From Rebecca billardiae RCC1528 (lineage: Eukaryota > Protista > Haptophyta), in assembly GCA_965240325.2 (NCBI GenBank), contig OZ251223.1, positions 2,914,001 through 2,978,000 on the forward strand: 64,000 bases of DNA, given 5' to 3'. Of the stretch, positions 1 through 11,541 are shown one piece after another. A program made the translations under genes and the position numbers. The notes under the pieces are model-generated. The model was not told where the DNA came from. It searched no databases and saw only the letters and a list, made by a program, of their open reading frames with translations. The first letter of the stretch is position 1; the number at the start of each line of letters is the position of its first letter.

Positions 1-156
1 CTTCAAGCCATGTCTCCTCTGGGCTGGCTTGTCGGCGCGACCACCGCCGTGCGCACGATCAGCTACCTCGTCTTGGGCGGCTGGTACGCCTTTGGCGTGC
101 ATCACCTGGCATACCAGCTGGATGAGGCCGAGCGTTTCGGCCGGCAGCAGCATTGA
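1..156 (+). CDS. 3' end of a probable membrane protein (partial, begins before the window)
   Basis: Frame 1 reads LQAMSPLGWLVGATTAVRTISYLVLGGWYAFGVHHLAYQLDEAERFGRQQH and stops at TGA 154-156. The segments are hydrophobic, third positions are GC-rich, and an AT-richer spacer follows. Confidence 0.55.
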   Translation, partial: LQAMSPLGWLVGATTAVRTISYLVLGGWYAFGVHHLAYQLDEAERFGRQQH

Positions 157-291
157 TGATTATGAATCATTGACTCAGAAGTCAGCATCATCACTGTGGC
201 CTGCGGTGCAGGGCGGAGCGCGCAGCGTGGAGCCCGCGCCGGGGGCCCTCACTACGTTGTCAACCATTAGCTAGACGCGATGATAGCGCTC

Positions 292-293
<2 letters not shown>

Positions 294-363
<70 letters not shown>
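294..363. repeat. (TA)n microsatellite
   Basis: Uninterrupted AT dinucleotide run. Confidence 0.98.
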
Positions 364-368
<5 letters not shown>

Positions 369-968
369 AATTATTTTCTGACGAGTACTACTTACATCGC
401 GTCAAATAATATATATATATTATTTATTTATTTGGCGCACGGTCTGATCCGATCCGACTACCGTACTGTCATGACTTCACTTGGACGCGACGCCGGACGG
501 GGGCGGCGCGGACGATTCTGTCTAGATGAGCAGACTCGCGGTCCGTCTCGGATTTACGAGTTGATGCCGGAATTGGACCCCGGGCGGCGCGGCGGGGCCG
601 GGTGAATTTATAATAATATTATTATTATTATCGCGATTTTTCGAGCAGGGGCGGCAGCCCGGCGCGGCGCAGTCTGAGTCAGTGACTAGTGAGTCACGTA
701 CTTTGTTAGTAGTTAGCGTTCAGTCAGCAGCATCAGCACGGCTATTCAGCAGCCGCTGTCTGCTCGATCACCTATTTTTCTATTTACAGTTACACAGACG
801 ACTACTCAGAGTAATCAGATCCGTGACTCCGGTTGGCTCTAGCCTTATAATAAGGCTTATATAATAGCGGCTTATATTGTCGTCGACGTCTGTCTTGAGA
901 TTTACTCATTCATCACGAATTGTACAGTACCGCCCGCCTAGCCTCTATTCATTCACAGTGCGGCTCTA

Positions 969-1578
969 TGGAGCGCTCGTTGGAACTTGACGCCGGTTTG
1001 GCGCCCGCGCGGCGAGGGCGACGACGGGCGTACACGGGGCCCGCGGCGGCGGGAAGCGCGCGGGCGCGGCCGAGAACGGCACGGTCCGGACGCCTCTAGC
1101 CAGCCGCGGACGCGCACCGCGCCTCCTCCTCGCACGCTGCTAACTTGATCCGGGTTGAACGGTGGTTTTGCTGCCAACCAGCTCAAGATCCACGGCTGGT
1201 CAAGGTTCGGCTTGCGACCTCGCCGCTGGTGCTTGCAAGAAGGTACACGAGTTGGTCGAACTCCCACGCACCCGCTCTGCGCTCGTCGACGCCCTCTGAA
1301 GGTGACTCGGGGTGCATGCGGGGCAGTGGAATGCAGTGGTTCGGCGTTGCCTCTCAGTCGTCCAGCGCGTAGGCCATGTAGCGCGGGTGTGGTGCGCGCA
1401 TGGCCCGGTACAGTAATTCGGTCGCGGCATGTCTGTCTGGGCTGCCCAAGGCCTGCCGCACCGCAAAGCGAGCGCTCAGGAGCGTGTGCCGACCGTGCCA
1501 GCCCCGCCGAGATGGGGCACTTCGCTGGGAAATGCGGTGTCATCAAGTTCCACCCCCGCTCAAGTTCCAACGAGCGCT

Positions 1579-1581
<3 letters not shown>
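969..1581. mobile_element. MITE / non-autonomous TIR DNA transposon with TA target site
   Basis: Perfect 22-bp terminal inverted repeats, TGGAGCGCTCGTTGGAACTTGA (969-990) and TCAAGTTCCAACGAGCGCTCCA (1560-1581). TA flanks both ends (967-968, 1582-1583). No credible internal ORF. Confidence 0.8.

Positions 1582-1673
<92 letters not shown>
1581..1673. repeat. (TA)n microsatellite abutting the MITE
   Basis: Uninterrupted TA run. Confidence 0.98.
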
Positions 1674-1675
<2 letters not shown>

Positions 1676-2168
1676 TAGTCATCTATACCGTAAGTAAGTA
1701 GCTACCGGCCCGGACACCTGCCGGCATCACAGAAAAAGCCACAGGCCGGGCCAAATTTGACACCCGCCGCCCTCTATTGGCTCTAATATTTCAGACGACG
1801 ACCGCGGACGTGAACGAATAGCTAAGCTCGGGGCGCGGTAATAAATGTCAGTAAGCGTCTTAAGATGCGATGGCAGCTTGCAGCTCGATTCAGTCAGTCC
1901 GGCATTGGAATAGATAGGGTCCGCGCGGTCGATAATCGATATAGGCGCGCGACCGGCTGATCAGTGATCAGCCCGCGTTGGGGTGCGCACCGGCCACGGG
2001 TCGCATGCAAGGAAAGCACGGGCATCGCGCGCTGGTGACGGCCACACGTGGCCCTGCGTCGTGACTCGGCGCCGCGCCCATGCCGCCGCCGCCGCCGATC
2101 GGCAGCTTCAAGTGGGCTGCGAGCAGGCCGCACGCCGCCGCAGCTTCTGGGGCAAGACCGCGTCTCGC

Positions 2169-4296
2169 TCAGTGCATCTCGCCGGCTTCAGCGGCGCCCG
2201 CATCGGTGCCGGGTGTGGTGGGCGTGCTCGCGCCGGCCTTCTTGCGCCCAGGCAGCCGGGGCATGCGCGGGCGGCGGTTCTTCTTCTTGTCGGCGGACGC
2301 CGGCTCCTGGTCGTCGGGCACGACGACGGGCGACGGGCGGCCGAAGCCGTCCTCGTCCTCAGCGCCGGGCGCGCCATCGTCCGACTCCTCGTCCTCGCGC
2401 TGCTCCTGCCGATGCCTCCACAGCGAGCGCGCGCCCCACGCGAGGATGACCAGCCAGCCGATCAGCAGCAGCGTGAACGGCAGCGCGTCGTCGGGCTCCG
2501 GCCCCTCGACTTCGGACAGGTCGGGGCCGTGGCCGCCGGAGTTGCGCATGCCCTGCCCGCCGTGCGTCGGCACAAACTCCGGGTCGTCCTCGCCCGCCTC
2601 CTCGGGCTTGGGCCGGTGCTGGGCGTAGCTGTTGAGCACGGCGATGATGGAGACGAAGGCGCACCAGCCCGCGAGCGCGAAGCCCACCGCGCGCGAGATG
2701 CTCAGCATCGGCTTGTTCCCCGAGCCGCGCCACATGGAGAACATCGAGAGGCCGACGCACACGACGCACACGAGCGCGCGCATCCAGTACGCGTACCCCG
2801 AGAGGAAGCGGTACGTGCACACGACGAGGGTCTTGCCCAGCGCGACGGCGAGGAGGTAGTGCCGCGACCAGCGCACCTCCGCCTCCTCCTCGGCCACCTC
2901 GCCGCCCTCGGCGGGCGCGCTCGAGCTGAGCGCGCCCGGGCTGACGAGCGCGCCCTCGTCCGCGCCGCCCTCCTTGGGCGGCGGCGCCTTGGGCGGCACT
3001 TTCATCGCCGCGGGGTGGTGCGCCGCGGCGAAGGGGAGGATGATGACGTACGTGATGAGCGCGACGATGAGCATGCCCTCGTGCGACTGCGTGTAGCAGC
3101 GCACCGAGTCGGCGCACGAGCTCAGGATCGCGCCGTGCTTCACGCCCGTGCCCAGCTCGTACCAGCACAGGTCGTCGATCCAGTACGAGGCGGTCTGGTC
3201 GTCGCGCGACTGCCACGAGACGCAGTCCATCGCGCCGAGGAGGGCGGAGAGGATGGGGAGGAAGGCGGCGGTGCACACGAAGTGGCGGATGCCCTTCGCG
3301 ACCCACGCCACGTCCTTGCTCCACGGCAGCGCCATCTGCCACACCACCGTGAGCAGCGGCGCGGCCGCGAAGACGATGCCGAGCACCGTCGTGGAGAAGA
3401 AGTCGGCGTGCGGGTCGTTCACGGGCAGCTGCGCCGCGCGGCGCGGGGGCGCGCGGGGGAAGTAGAGGGGGCGTGCGCCGCGTGAGCGCGCGCGCGCGCG
3501 CGCGCGCGCGGTTCGAGGCGCGCGAGAGGGCGCCGGGTCGTGCGCCGCGCGCGCCGCGCACCTCGAACGAGGCGAGCGCAAAGCAGCCGCGCATGAACGT
3601 GGACAGGGGGCCGTCGCCCCAGCCGGGCGAGCGCCGGTCCGAGGTGAGGCGGCACAGCTGCATCCACTCGACGAAGATGGCGAGGCCGGCGAGCACGGTG
3701 GAGACGAGCGCGGGGCTCGGCCTGCGAGACGCCATGGCGCTCATCGCCGACTCGGGCTTGGCCTTGCCCTTCCTCCCGCGCGCTCCGGCCGGGGCCGGTG
3801 GCTCGGGCTCCTCGAGCTTCTGCTTCATGCACGGGAGCTTGTCGTCGGAGGGCACCCGCGTGCGCATGTAGCCATACGCAAGCGCGAGCACGCCGCCCAC
3901 GATGAGCCAGCTGAACGTGAACTTCCACCAAGACGATGCCCACTGCACCTCTGTCGCACAGCCCCACTCGAGGCACTCGCCGCGCGACACCGAGCGCGCG
4001 TCCTTGCCCGCGCGGTGCATGCACATGCACCGGTCCGGGCAGATGCCGCACGCGGCATCCTTCGTGGGCGGCGGGAATGGAGGCGGCGGGGCGGGCGGCT
4101 CCGACGGCGGCGTTGGCGGGGGTGGGGCCGGCGGGCTCGGGCTCGGCGGCGGCGGTGCAGGCTGAATCGGTGGCGTGCCCGACGCAGGGGGCGTCACCTG
4201 GAGCCTGCGGGTGCCGTGCTCCGCGTCAGGCTGTGTGGTCTTCGCGGAGGCCAGCGCCAGCGCGCACGCCACGAGCACGCCACGCGTCGCGCGCAT
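2169..4296 (-). CDS. Multi-pass membrane protein with signal peptide, Pro-rich stalk and Cys-rich extracellular segment; function unknown
   Basis: Exons 4296-3562 and 3428-2169. The GTGCGC...CAG intron at 3429-3561 joins ASFE|LPVND in frame. The protein has an MRATRGVLVACALALASA signal peptide, a poly-Pro run, CGICPDRCMC, and roughly 8-9 hydrophobic helices. Confidence 0.8.
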
Positions 4297-5005
4297 CGTT
4301 GCCAACCCTCGGGCGCTTGCCACCACGCGGGAGCTTGCCTGCTGCACCTGCAGCCTCCGCTCGCTTTGCGGCGGCGTTCGGCTTTTTTCGAGCTTCGGCC
4401 GCTCACACGCGCCGCGGTGAGCAGTTGCAGCTGGCAGTTGAGACTTGAGATCGGCGCGCGGCGCGCTGCGCACCGGGCCTTTATCTACCGTTTGAATTTC
4501 GATTATCTCCATATGTGGGTAATCCCAGATTGGAATCTTGTTGGCGGCGCTACGAGTTTCATTCGTCAGCCACTCACTAGTCACTGCACGGACTCAAACA
4601 CTACCAGTACTCAGTGCACCGTGAAGCCTGGCGGTGCCACAATGCAGTGGAATGAATATGCGGAAGTTCCAGGCGATCTAAGTAATCGTTGGCTGATCTA
4701 CTACGTATCTAGTAGCTGTGCGAGGCCGGAACGGTCACGGTAATCATACTAAGCGCCGCGGCGTCCACCGGCCCGTTCGGACGGTCCGCTCACTCCGCAG
4801 GCGCGGTGCCAGGCGGCGGGACCGCCCAACTGGCAACTCCTCACTCGACGACTCGACACGGCACCGGTGACGGTCACTGCGGCGAGAGACGTCACTCCCC
4901 GCGCCAAACCCAGCCCACAGCCTCACACGACTCCACGGCAGCCCGCAGGCGGAATGCTGCGGCGCGCCCAGCCCCGCCGTTGCCGCTCACGCCTGCTCGT
5001 GCAGC

Positions 5006-6603
5006 TCACTTGAACCACGTGACGGCGTGCTTGCGCGTGCCGTCAAAGACGTTGCGGCCGTGCATCACCATGTAGTTGTCGAGGAGCACAACGTCGCCCT
5101 GCTGCATCTTAATGAACTTCGTGTTCGCCATCGTCACCTCATCGAGGTGGTCGAGCTCGGCGTCGCTCAGCTCGGAGCCGTCGCCTGCGTGCACGGCAGG
5201 GCGCGGGGGAGGGGCGCCGTGCTGAGCGCAGGCTGCGCCGCGCGCGCCTGCCTCTCGCGAGGCGCGTGCGCCGCGGGCGACACCCAGCCGCGGCGGCGTG
5301 GTGCGCGCGCGCGATGCACGCGCGCGCACCGTAGTACATGTCCGACTTGTTGATCTGCGACGCGCCGCTCTCGAAGCGCTCGGCGCCGTACAGCTTCTCG
5401 CGTCGCTTGCGCAGCTTGGACGAGTGCGAGTGCACGTTGCAGAACCAGGTCGGCTCGCCCGACTCCGGGTGCCGCACGGCGGGCGGCTGCACGGGTGCGC
5501 GCGCCTGCAGCATGCGCACGCCGTCGTAACCCCCCTCGCCCCAGACGAGCTCGACGTCAAAGTCCACCTGCGCCGCGAGGGCGGCGCGCGAGGGCGGCAG
5601 GAGGGAGGCGTGAGCAGCTGCGCGCCCCGCCGGCGCGCGGCGGAGCCTCGCGCCTTGGGCGCGCGCGCGCAGCATGCGCACCTTGGCGTTGAGCGCGGCA
5701 GCGACGACGCCCTTAATGATGCCCATGACCGGGTTGCGCAGCGGCTCGGGGAAGCTGTCCACCCAGCCGAAGAAGGGCAGCTCCATCACCGAGTAGCGGA
5801 TCGAGTTGTCGTACAGCCGCCGCAGCAGCTCGGGCTCGAGGTCCGCGAGCAGGGAGCGGCCATCCGCCAGCAGGAACTCGCCGCCCTCCTCGGCGGGCTT
5901 GAAGCAGACGAAGGCGGCGCGGCGGGGCGCGCGCTTGCCCACGAACTCGTTGTGCATGCCTGCGACACCGGGCGGACGCGGCCGCGCGCGCGCGTGGGTC
6001 ACTCGGGCGACGTGCGTGGGGCCGCGCCGCCGTGCGCGTCGCGCCAGGGCGCAGCGGCGCACCGATGAAGAAGTTCTTGCGGCTCTCCTTGTTGACCGCC
6101 TCGTACACGGCGCTCTTCTTATCAACCATCGGCCGGGCGGACACCGAGTGCAACGGATCGAGGCACGGCTCGAGGCCCAGCGCCTCGTACATGCTCTGGA
6201 AGCCCTCCGGCGTCTTTGTGAGGTCAAAGCCGCGCAGGACCACAGCGCCGTGCTCAACCATCTGCGAGCGGATCTCGCTCGCGTGCTCGCGGAAGTAGGC
6301 GAGCTGTGCGTCGGCATCCCCGGCGGTCGACACCTCCGATGCGCTCACCTCGAGCGGGAACGGCGCGCGCTGCTTCTCGCGGAGCTGCTGCTGCGCTGCG
6401 ACGATGTCCATGCGCTCGCCCCACATCGTCTCTGGGCACTGCGCCATCTCGACGTCCTCCGAGGTGGTGGCAGCCGGGGCGGCAGGGGCCACCGTGGCCA
6501 TCCGCACGGCCGAAGCCGACACCGCCGGCGAGCGCCATGTCGCCCCCACGCGCCCGCCGGCCGTGGCCGCGGCGATCGTCGCGATGCACACCGCAGCAAA
6601 CAT
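5006..6603 (-). CDS. TauD/TfdA (clavaminate synthase-like) Fe(II)/2-oxoglutarate dioxygenase, probably plastid-targeted
   Basis: Exons 6603-6063, 5959-5682, 5567-5330 and 5184-5006, with three GTGCGC...CAG introns. Splicing restores IGMHNE (HxE iron ligands). GDVVLLDNYMVMHGR supplies the third His and the Arg, and HGAVVLRGF is present. The leader is signal peptide plus transit-like. Confidence 0.92.
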
Positions 6604-7109
6604 CGTGCGGTCACGTCCTGTCGTCCTCCAGACGCGCGCGCTCCCTATTGGCCGGCTAATGACCCAATCAATTTGCTGGTATTTGTCCCCGGCTGCGCCG
6701 TGCGCGTCGAAGCTACTGGGTCATAAATCCGATCGCCTCGTTCCGCAGTACATGCTGCTACCTTACTGCCTACTGATCAGTCTAGTCATCTGTCTAGTGA
6801 GCCCGGACATAAAGTCCGACTTCAACTGGGCAAGCCTGTTATGACGGTGACTCGGCGCCGGCGTACCGTGACCAGCGATACCCCGCAGGAAGCGCGCGCA
6901 CGAGCCGCGGGTGCGAATCTGCCGCCTGCACTCGGCAGGTGCCGTCTGCAACGTGCGATGTGCTGCCAGCGCGGCAGGCAGCAATGACAAATCACGCGAT
7001 GATAATGCGGCCCGTGCCGCCGGCCGGCGTCGTGAGCGGCCTCAGGCCAACAGTGCCCTCGGCGACCATGCTGAAGCTGCTCAGCGGGCTGTCGCTGGGT
7101 GGGCCACCA

Positions 7110-7540
7110 TCACTCAGCCTTGTCGTCGCCGGCATTCGCCCCGTCGTTCGCAATGTCGATGGGCTCAAAGTCATCCGTGCCTGCGCACGCAGTGTACGGG
7201 CGTGGTCGGGGCGGGCCGGGTGCGTGAGAACCCGCCCTGTGGCCACTGCGCACGCGCCTCACGCGCAGCAGGGGCACGCACTGCGCTCACCTGGGACCTT
7301 GTACACCAGCGCGAGCTCCTGCTCCGGCTCAATCTTGAGCTTCTCCAGCGTGTCCTTGTCGGACATGACCTGCGGCGTCGACTCCATCTCCGAGTAGATG
7401 AATAGCCGCATCTCGGAGGCGGGCACCTTCATGATGCCCTCGATCTTGCCCTTCACGGCCTCGACGCTGTCTGAGGGCTCCACGTACATGAAGGTCGTCT
7501 GGTTCTTGCGCTTGATGCGCACGTACATCTGCTGTGACAT
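7110..7540 (-). CDS. Ubiquitin-fold protein, elongin-B-like
   Basis: Exons 7540-7291 and 7180-7110 (intron GTGAG...CAG at 7181-7290). MYVRIKRKNQTTFMYVEPSDSVEAVKGKIEGI...LALVYKVPGTDDFEPIDI resembles the elongin B pattern. Confidence 0.8.
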
Positions 7541-8040
7541 GGTCGCCTCCGCACCGCGGCTCCACGGGGCGGCACCCAACTAGCCCGCCACCCGCACCCA
7601 GCGCCCTGGCGATGTCCCTCGGGCGTGGCACGACGTTCCTGGGTGGGCGCACGATAGACGCGGCATGGGATGGCGCGTGAGATTCGCAGCCCAAAGCACG
7701 GACGCGACTGACCGGGCTGGGCCGAGGGAGCCTGGCACCGTTCGCGCTGGCAGGCGCAGGCACCATCGTACCTGCAGGCGAGCGAAGCACGCGCGATGGT
7801 GGACGCTGCGGCAGAGCAGCAGATGGGAAACAGTCATCACGGTCACGGCTGCTTTTCGCCGCGCCAAGCAGTCGCCAACCCACGGACGGCGGCTTGGCAC
7901 TGGTCCCAGTCACTAGTCAGGCCCACCACCGCGCGGGCGAGGGGCATGGCCACAGGGGCCGCTGCCGCTGCTCAGACACCAACTACGCACTGCGGGTGCC
8001 TGGCAAGCACGGTCTGCCCGGTTGCCTGTGTCTGTGACTT

Positions 8041-10446
8041 TCAAAACCCGAGCGAGCGTTGCTTGTGGCCGGCCTTTGCCGAATCGAGGAGCGGCGTGAG
8101 ACTGCGCGGAGCGGCGCCGCCCGTGAGTCCTCCGAGCTCGCCTCCCGGCCTGGCACCGGCCCCAGCGCCCGCACCTGCGGAGAGCCCCGCTGGCAGCAAG
8201 AGCGTCTCAACGCTCGGCCGCCCACCGCCACACAGCGCGGGCAGGCTGCGCCTGGAGGGCCGCGGCAGAACGGCGCCGGCCGAGCGCTGCGCCGGCGGGC
8301 TGAGCTCGGCCACCGATCGGCCGAGCTCCTGCCCGCGCGGTCTGGCCAAAGCGCCAGCAACGGCCGAGTGCGCCGCGCCGCCCGTCGCATCGGCGCTGTC
8401 GCTCTGCACCAGCTGCGCGAGACGGCGGGGCTGCGGCGAGCGCGAGGCGGCACGCGCGGCGGGCGGCGGCGAGGACGGCGGCGTCCCTGCGCCAAGCCGC
8501 GAGCGCGTCGCGGCCGCGCCCGGAGGCGACGCCGCAGGCGGCGCCATTCCGCCGCCCCACGAGAGCGCGAGCGCTTGTAGCGCAGAGCCACCACCCGGGC
8601 TGGCCTGCGCCGCGCCGCACGCGCCAGACGCCGCGCTCGGGGATGCCGCTTCCGCGCTGGCCGTCGCACCCGGGTCGGAGCGGCCGCGGCGCGCACCCAA
8701 GGGCCCCCCCTCGGTGCTGCGACGGCGGTTGGGTTCACGGGCTTGCAAGGCGGCGAGCGGCTCGGAGGGCAGGCCTGGGAGGGACCTGCGTCCGGCAGGG
8801 CTCTTCACGCGCGCGCTCTGCTCGTCGCGCATCCCCAGCGCCACCTGCAGCATGGTCGAGCCGGCGCCATCGGCGTGGCTGTCCTGGGTGGCAGCGGCCG
8901 TGCTGCGGCTCAGCGCGTGGCCGTTGCCGCCGCCCACCCGGCCGCCGCATCCGCCGCGCCCACCCAGGCTGGAGCGCATCGCGTGCGCCAGCAAGTCGAG
9001 CTTGAACTCGACCTCCGTGGCGCGCAAGTCGATCAGCCGGGAGTGCAGCGCGGAGGTGAGCTCGCGCCCGGCGACGATCAGCGTGACCATCGCCGCCTCC
9101 ACCTCGCGGCGCGCACCCGTCGCCGCCTCCTCCGAGTGCGACGCGGCGGTGCGCGCGCTCTCCGCGATGGCCTTCGACAGGGCCAGGCCGGTCTCGTCGA
9201 GCTCGCGCGCGCGCGCGTCGGCGACGACGTTCTCGGCGCGCTCGGCGCGCTCGTTCGCCTCCATCACCTCGTCGCGCGCCGCCACCGCCGTCTCAATCGC
9301 CGCCTCCGCGCGCGCGAGCAGCAGGCAGTCCAGGAGCGCGTCCAGCCCGTGGCTGAACGCGCGGCTGCCCGCCTCGCCCATCGCTGCGGCCGAGCGCAGC
9401 GCCGCGCGCAGCGCCTCGGCGTGGCGCGCGAAGCCGAGCACCGCGGGCGACTCTTCAGTAGAGGACCGCCGCCGCCGCCGCTCCTCGCTCGTCCCGCCGC
9501 CCGCCTCGGCCGCGCCGGGCTCGCGGTGCGGCTGCGCCTTGAGACAGAGCGGGCCCGCGGTGAGCAGCGCGCGCGCCGTCACGGCGCGGAGCTCGTCGAG
9601 CGTGGAGGGCTCGGCCTCGACGCGGGCGGTCTCGGCGGGCTCGGGCTCGGTAGGCGCCGCGCTGCTCGCCTCGGCCAGCCGCTCGAACGCCGTGGACGAG
9701 CGCCTTCTCGTGCTCGAGCGCCGACGCGCGCGGCCCGCAGCCGGCGCGTCCTCCGCCGCCTCCACGCTCACGCCCGCCTCGGCGAGGGCGTCGGACTCCG
9801 TGCGCACGTGCTCGGCGTCGCACAGCTGGCGGGGCGCGTCGAGGAGCAGCCTGCTCAGCGGCTCGTCCTCCACGCGCGCGCCGCACAGCTGCGCCAGCGG
9901 CAGCAGCTGCGGTCGGAACACCGTGACACGCCGGAAGAGGCGCGAGAGCCAGCCGACCACCCTGCGCGCGTCCGTGGGGTCGTCCACGTACGAGCGCGCG
10001 AGGGCGAAGATGCCCACGCAGAACATGGCGGCGCTGACACCATCGTCCGCGGCATGCCCAGCTGCCGCCACGTCCGCCGCCCAGTTGCGCGCGCCGAGCG
10101 CGCGCGCCGCCGCTTGGCCGGCATCGCGCTCGCACAGCTCGAGCGCGAGCGCGATGCGCATGTAGATGGCGACGTACGCGCTCTCGTCCATGCGCGCCCC
10201 GTCGGGGAGTCCCAGGACGACCCAGAAGCGCATGGTCGCGGCCCCGACCTCGGGCACGTTGAGCAGCGCACGCATGTCGTCCACGAGCGTCGGCGCGGCC
10301 GGCCGGCCAGTCAGAACGTGCGCCGCGACCTGGCTGCGTGTCGGTGCGGACTCCGCCGCGCTGAGCATGGCCTGCAGGCGCACGCGCATGAGCGTGACGT
10401 CAGGCAGCACGAGGCTCGCCATCGCATTGTCTTGAGACGGATCCAT
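8041..10446 (-). CDS. Hypothetical protein: N-terminal helical (EF-hand-like) domain, coiled coil, long low-complexity tail
   Basis: The first true ATG is at 10446 (MDPSQDN); the ORF-track start at 10476 is GTG. The N-terminal region looks globular (YVAIYMRIALAL...FCVGIFALARSYVD...WLSRLFRRVT) and the middle is heptad-rich. Confidence 0.7.
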   Translation of the reverse strand: MDPSQDNAMASLVLPDVTLMRVRLQAMLSAAESAPTRSQVAAHVLTGRPAAPTLVDDMRALLNVPEVGAATMRFWVVLGLPDGARMDESAYVAIYMRIALALELCERDAGQAAARALGARNWAADVAAAGHAADDGVSAAMFCVGIFALARSYVDDPTDARRVVGWLSRLFRRVTVFRPQLLPLAQLCGARVEDEPLSRLLLDAPRQLCDAEHVRTESDALAEAGVSVEAAEDAPAAGRARRRSSTRRRSSTAFERLAEASSAAPTEPEPAETARVEAEPSTLDELRAVTARALLTAGPLCLKAQPHREPGAAEAGGGTSEERRRRRSSTEESPAVLGFARHAEALRAALRSAAAMGEAGSRAFSHGLDALLDCLLLARAEAAIETAVAARDEVMEANERAERAENVVADARARELDETGLALSKAIAESARTAASHSEEAATGARREVEAAMVTLIVAGRELTSALHSRLIDLRATEVEFKLDLLAHAMRSSLGGRGGCGGRVGGGNGHALSRSTAAATQDSHADGAGSTMLQVALGMRDEQSARVKSPAGRRSLPGLPSEPLAALQAREPNRRRSTEGGPLGARRGRSDPGATASAEAASPSAASGACGAAQASPGGGSALQALALSWGGGMAPPAASPPGAAATRSRLGAGTPPSSPPPAARAASRSPQPRRLAQLVQSDSADATGGAAHSAVAGALARPRGQELGRSVAELSPPAQRSAGAVLPRPSRRSLPALCGGGRPSVETLLLPAGLSAGAGAGAGARPGGELGGLTGGAAPRSLTPLLDSAKAGHKQRSLGF

Positions 10447-10686
10447 CGCTCGGAAGCGTGGATGGACGGGCGCCACCCGGCCGCGGCCCGGCCGCCCCCG
10501 TCGTGCGTCCCAGCTCGCGAGGTGATGATGAGCGCCTGATGATGGCCTATTTTCATATTTCGGTTGTAGAATTATGGGGGGTATGAAAATGTAGCGCCTA
10601 GCGCGCGCGCGCGGCGGGCCGTTCGCCCAAAGATATTCTGAATTCGCCGTGCCGCCGTTGAGCGAGAGCGGGTCCGAGACTACGAC

Positions 10687-11541
10687 ATGCCCAGCGGCTG
10701 GTCGCTCTGGCCGCTACTCGTGGTCGCTCAACCATCGACATTGTCTGCGGCTGCGCCCGCGAGCGCGCTCACGCCTTCGGAGGTACCCTTGGAGCGCACG
10801 CCCGCTGTGCGGCCTGCCGCGAGAGTACTACTCGGAAATGCATCGCAAGCCTCGTTCGAGTACGAAAAGCTCTACGAGACCATTGATAAGAAGGCCAACT
10901 ACCATAATCCCAACTTCGCACTGGAGACGTCACTGGTCCCATTCGCGTCCCGGTGGATGCGACTTCGTGGAGCCAAATTGCCGGCTCCGCGCCGTGTCAT
11001 CTCCCTCGGCTGCTCAACTGGTCTCGGCGTGTACACGCTCGCGAAGGTGGGACTGGACGCATACGGCGTCGACGTGTCATCAATCTCAGTTGCCACTGCA
11101 CACGAGCTGAAGCGCGATACCATGTGCAAATATCCTCCTTGCATTCAACAGGCCAGTTTGGTGTCGCTCCCCTTTCCAAGCGGCTACTTCGTTGCCGGCC
11201 TCTCTGCGGACGTGCTCGAGCACATCAAGCCGAGTGACGTGCCGTTGGTGGCAGCAGAGATTTCTCGAGTGGTCCAGAACGCGCTCTTCCTTCGCATCGC
11301 CTCTATTCCGGAGGTCAATAAGGTTTACGTGGATGGGCAGCTGCAGCGCCTGCACCTCACCACTGAGGGCGTGAAATGGTGGTACAAAACGTTTGCTGTG
11401 CATGGATGGCGGAAGATGTCCTCGTCGTTGTGGGTCGGCATGCGCGAGAGCTTCCCAGCCTCAAACGAGGCTACTGCATACCTCGCCCTGCAACGTAAGA
11501 GTAAGACGTCCCCACGACGACGATCTCCCACGGGCCAGTGA
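10687..11541 (+). CDS. Class I SAM-dependent methyltransferase with signal peptide
   Basis: Motif I VISLGCSTG, AYGVDVS, SLPFPSGYF and ADVLEHI are present. The N-terminus is hydrophobic. Confidence 0.88.
   Translation: MPSGWSLWPLLVVAQPSTLSAAAPASALTPSEVPLERTPAVRPAARVLLGNASQASFEYEKLYETIDKKANYHNPNFALETSLVPFASRWMRLRGAKLPAPRRVISLGCSTGLGVYTLAKVGLDAYGVDVSSISVATAHELKRDTMCKYPPCIQQASLVSLPFPSGYFVAGLSADVLEHIKPSDVPLVAAEISRVVQNALFLRIASIPEVNKVYVDGQLQRLHLTTEGVKWWYKTFAVHGWRKMSSSLWVGMRESFPASNEATAYLALQRKSKTSPRRRSPTGQ

Noticed and set aside
1155-1697. ORFs ending in poly-(IY), and the IY/MYVC ORFs at 29761-30384 and 44355-44624
   Set aside because: They are translations of microsatellites.
7796-10165. 789-aa plus-strand ORF and similar long Ala/Arg-rich ORFs (e.g. 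1983-3485, 12331-14184, 15288-17516, 46639-50490)
   Set aside because: They are antisense or alternate-frame shadows of real genes. Stop codons are rare at this GC content and the ORFs contain no motifs.
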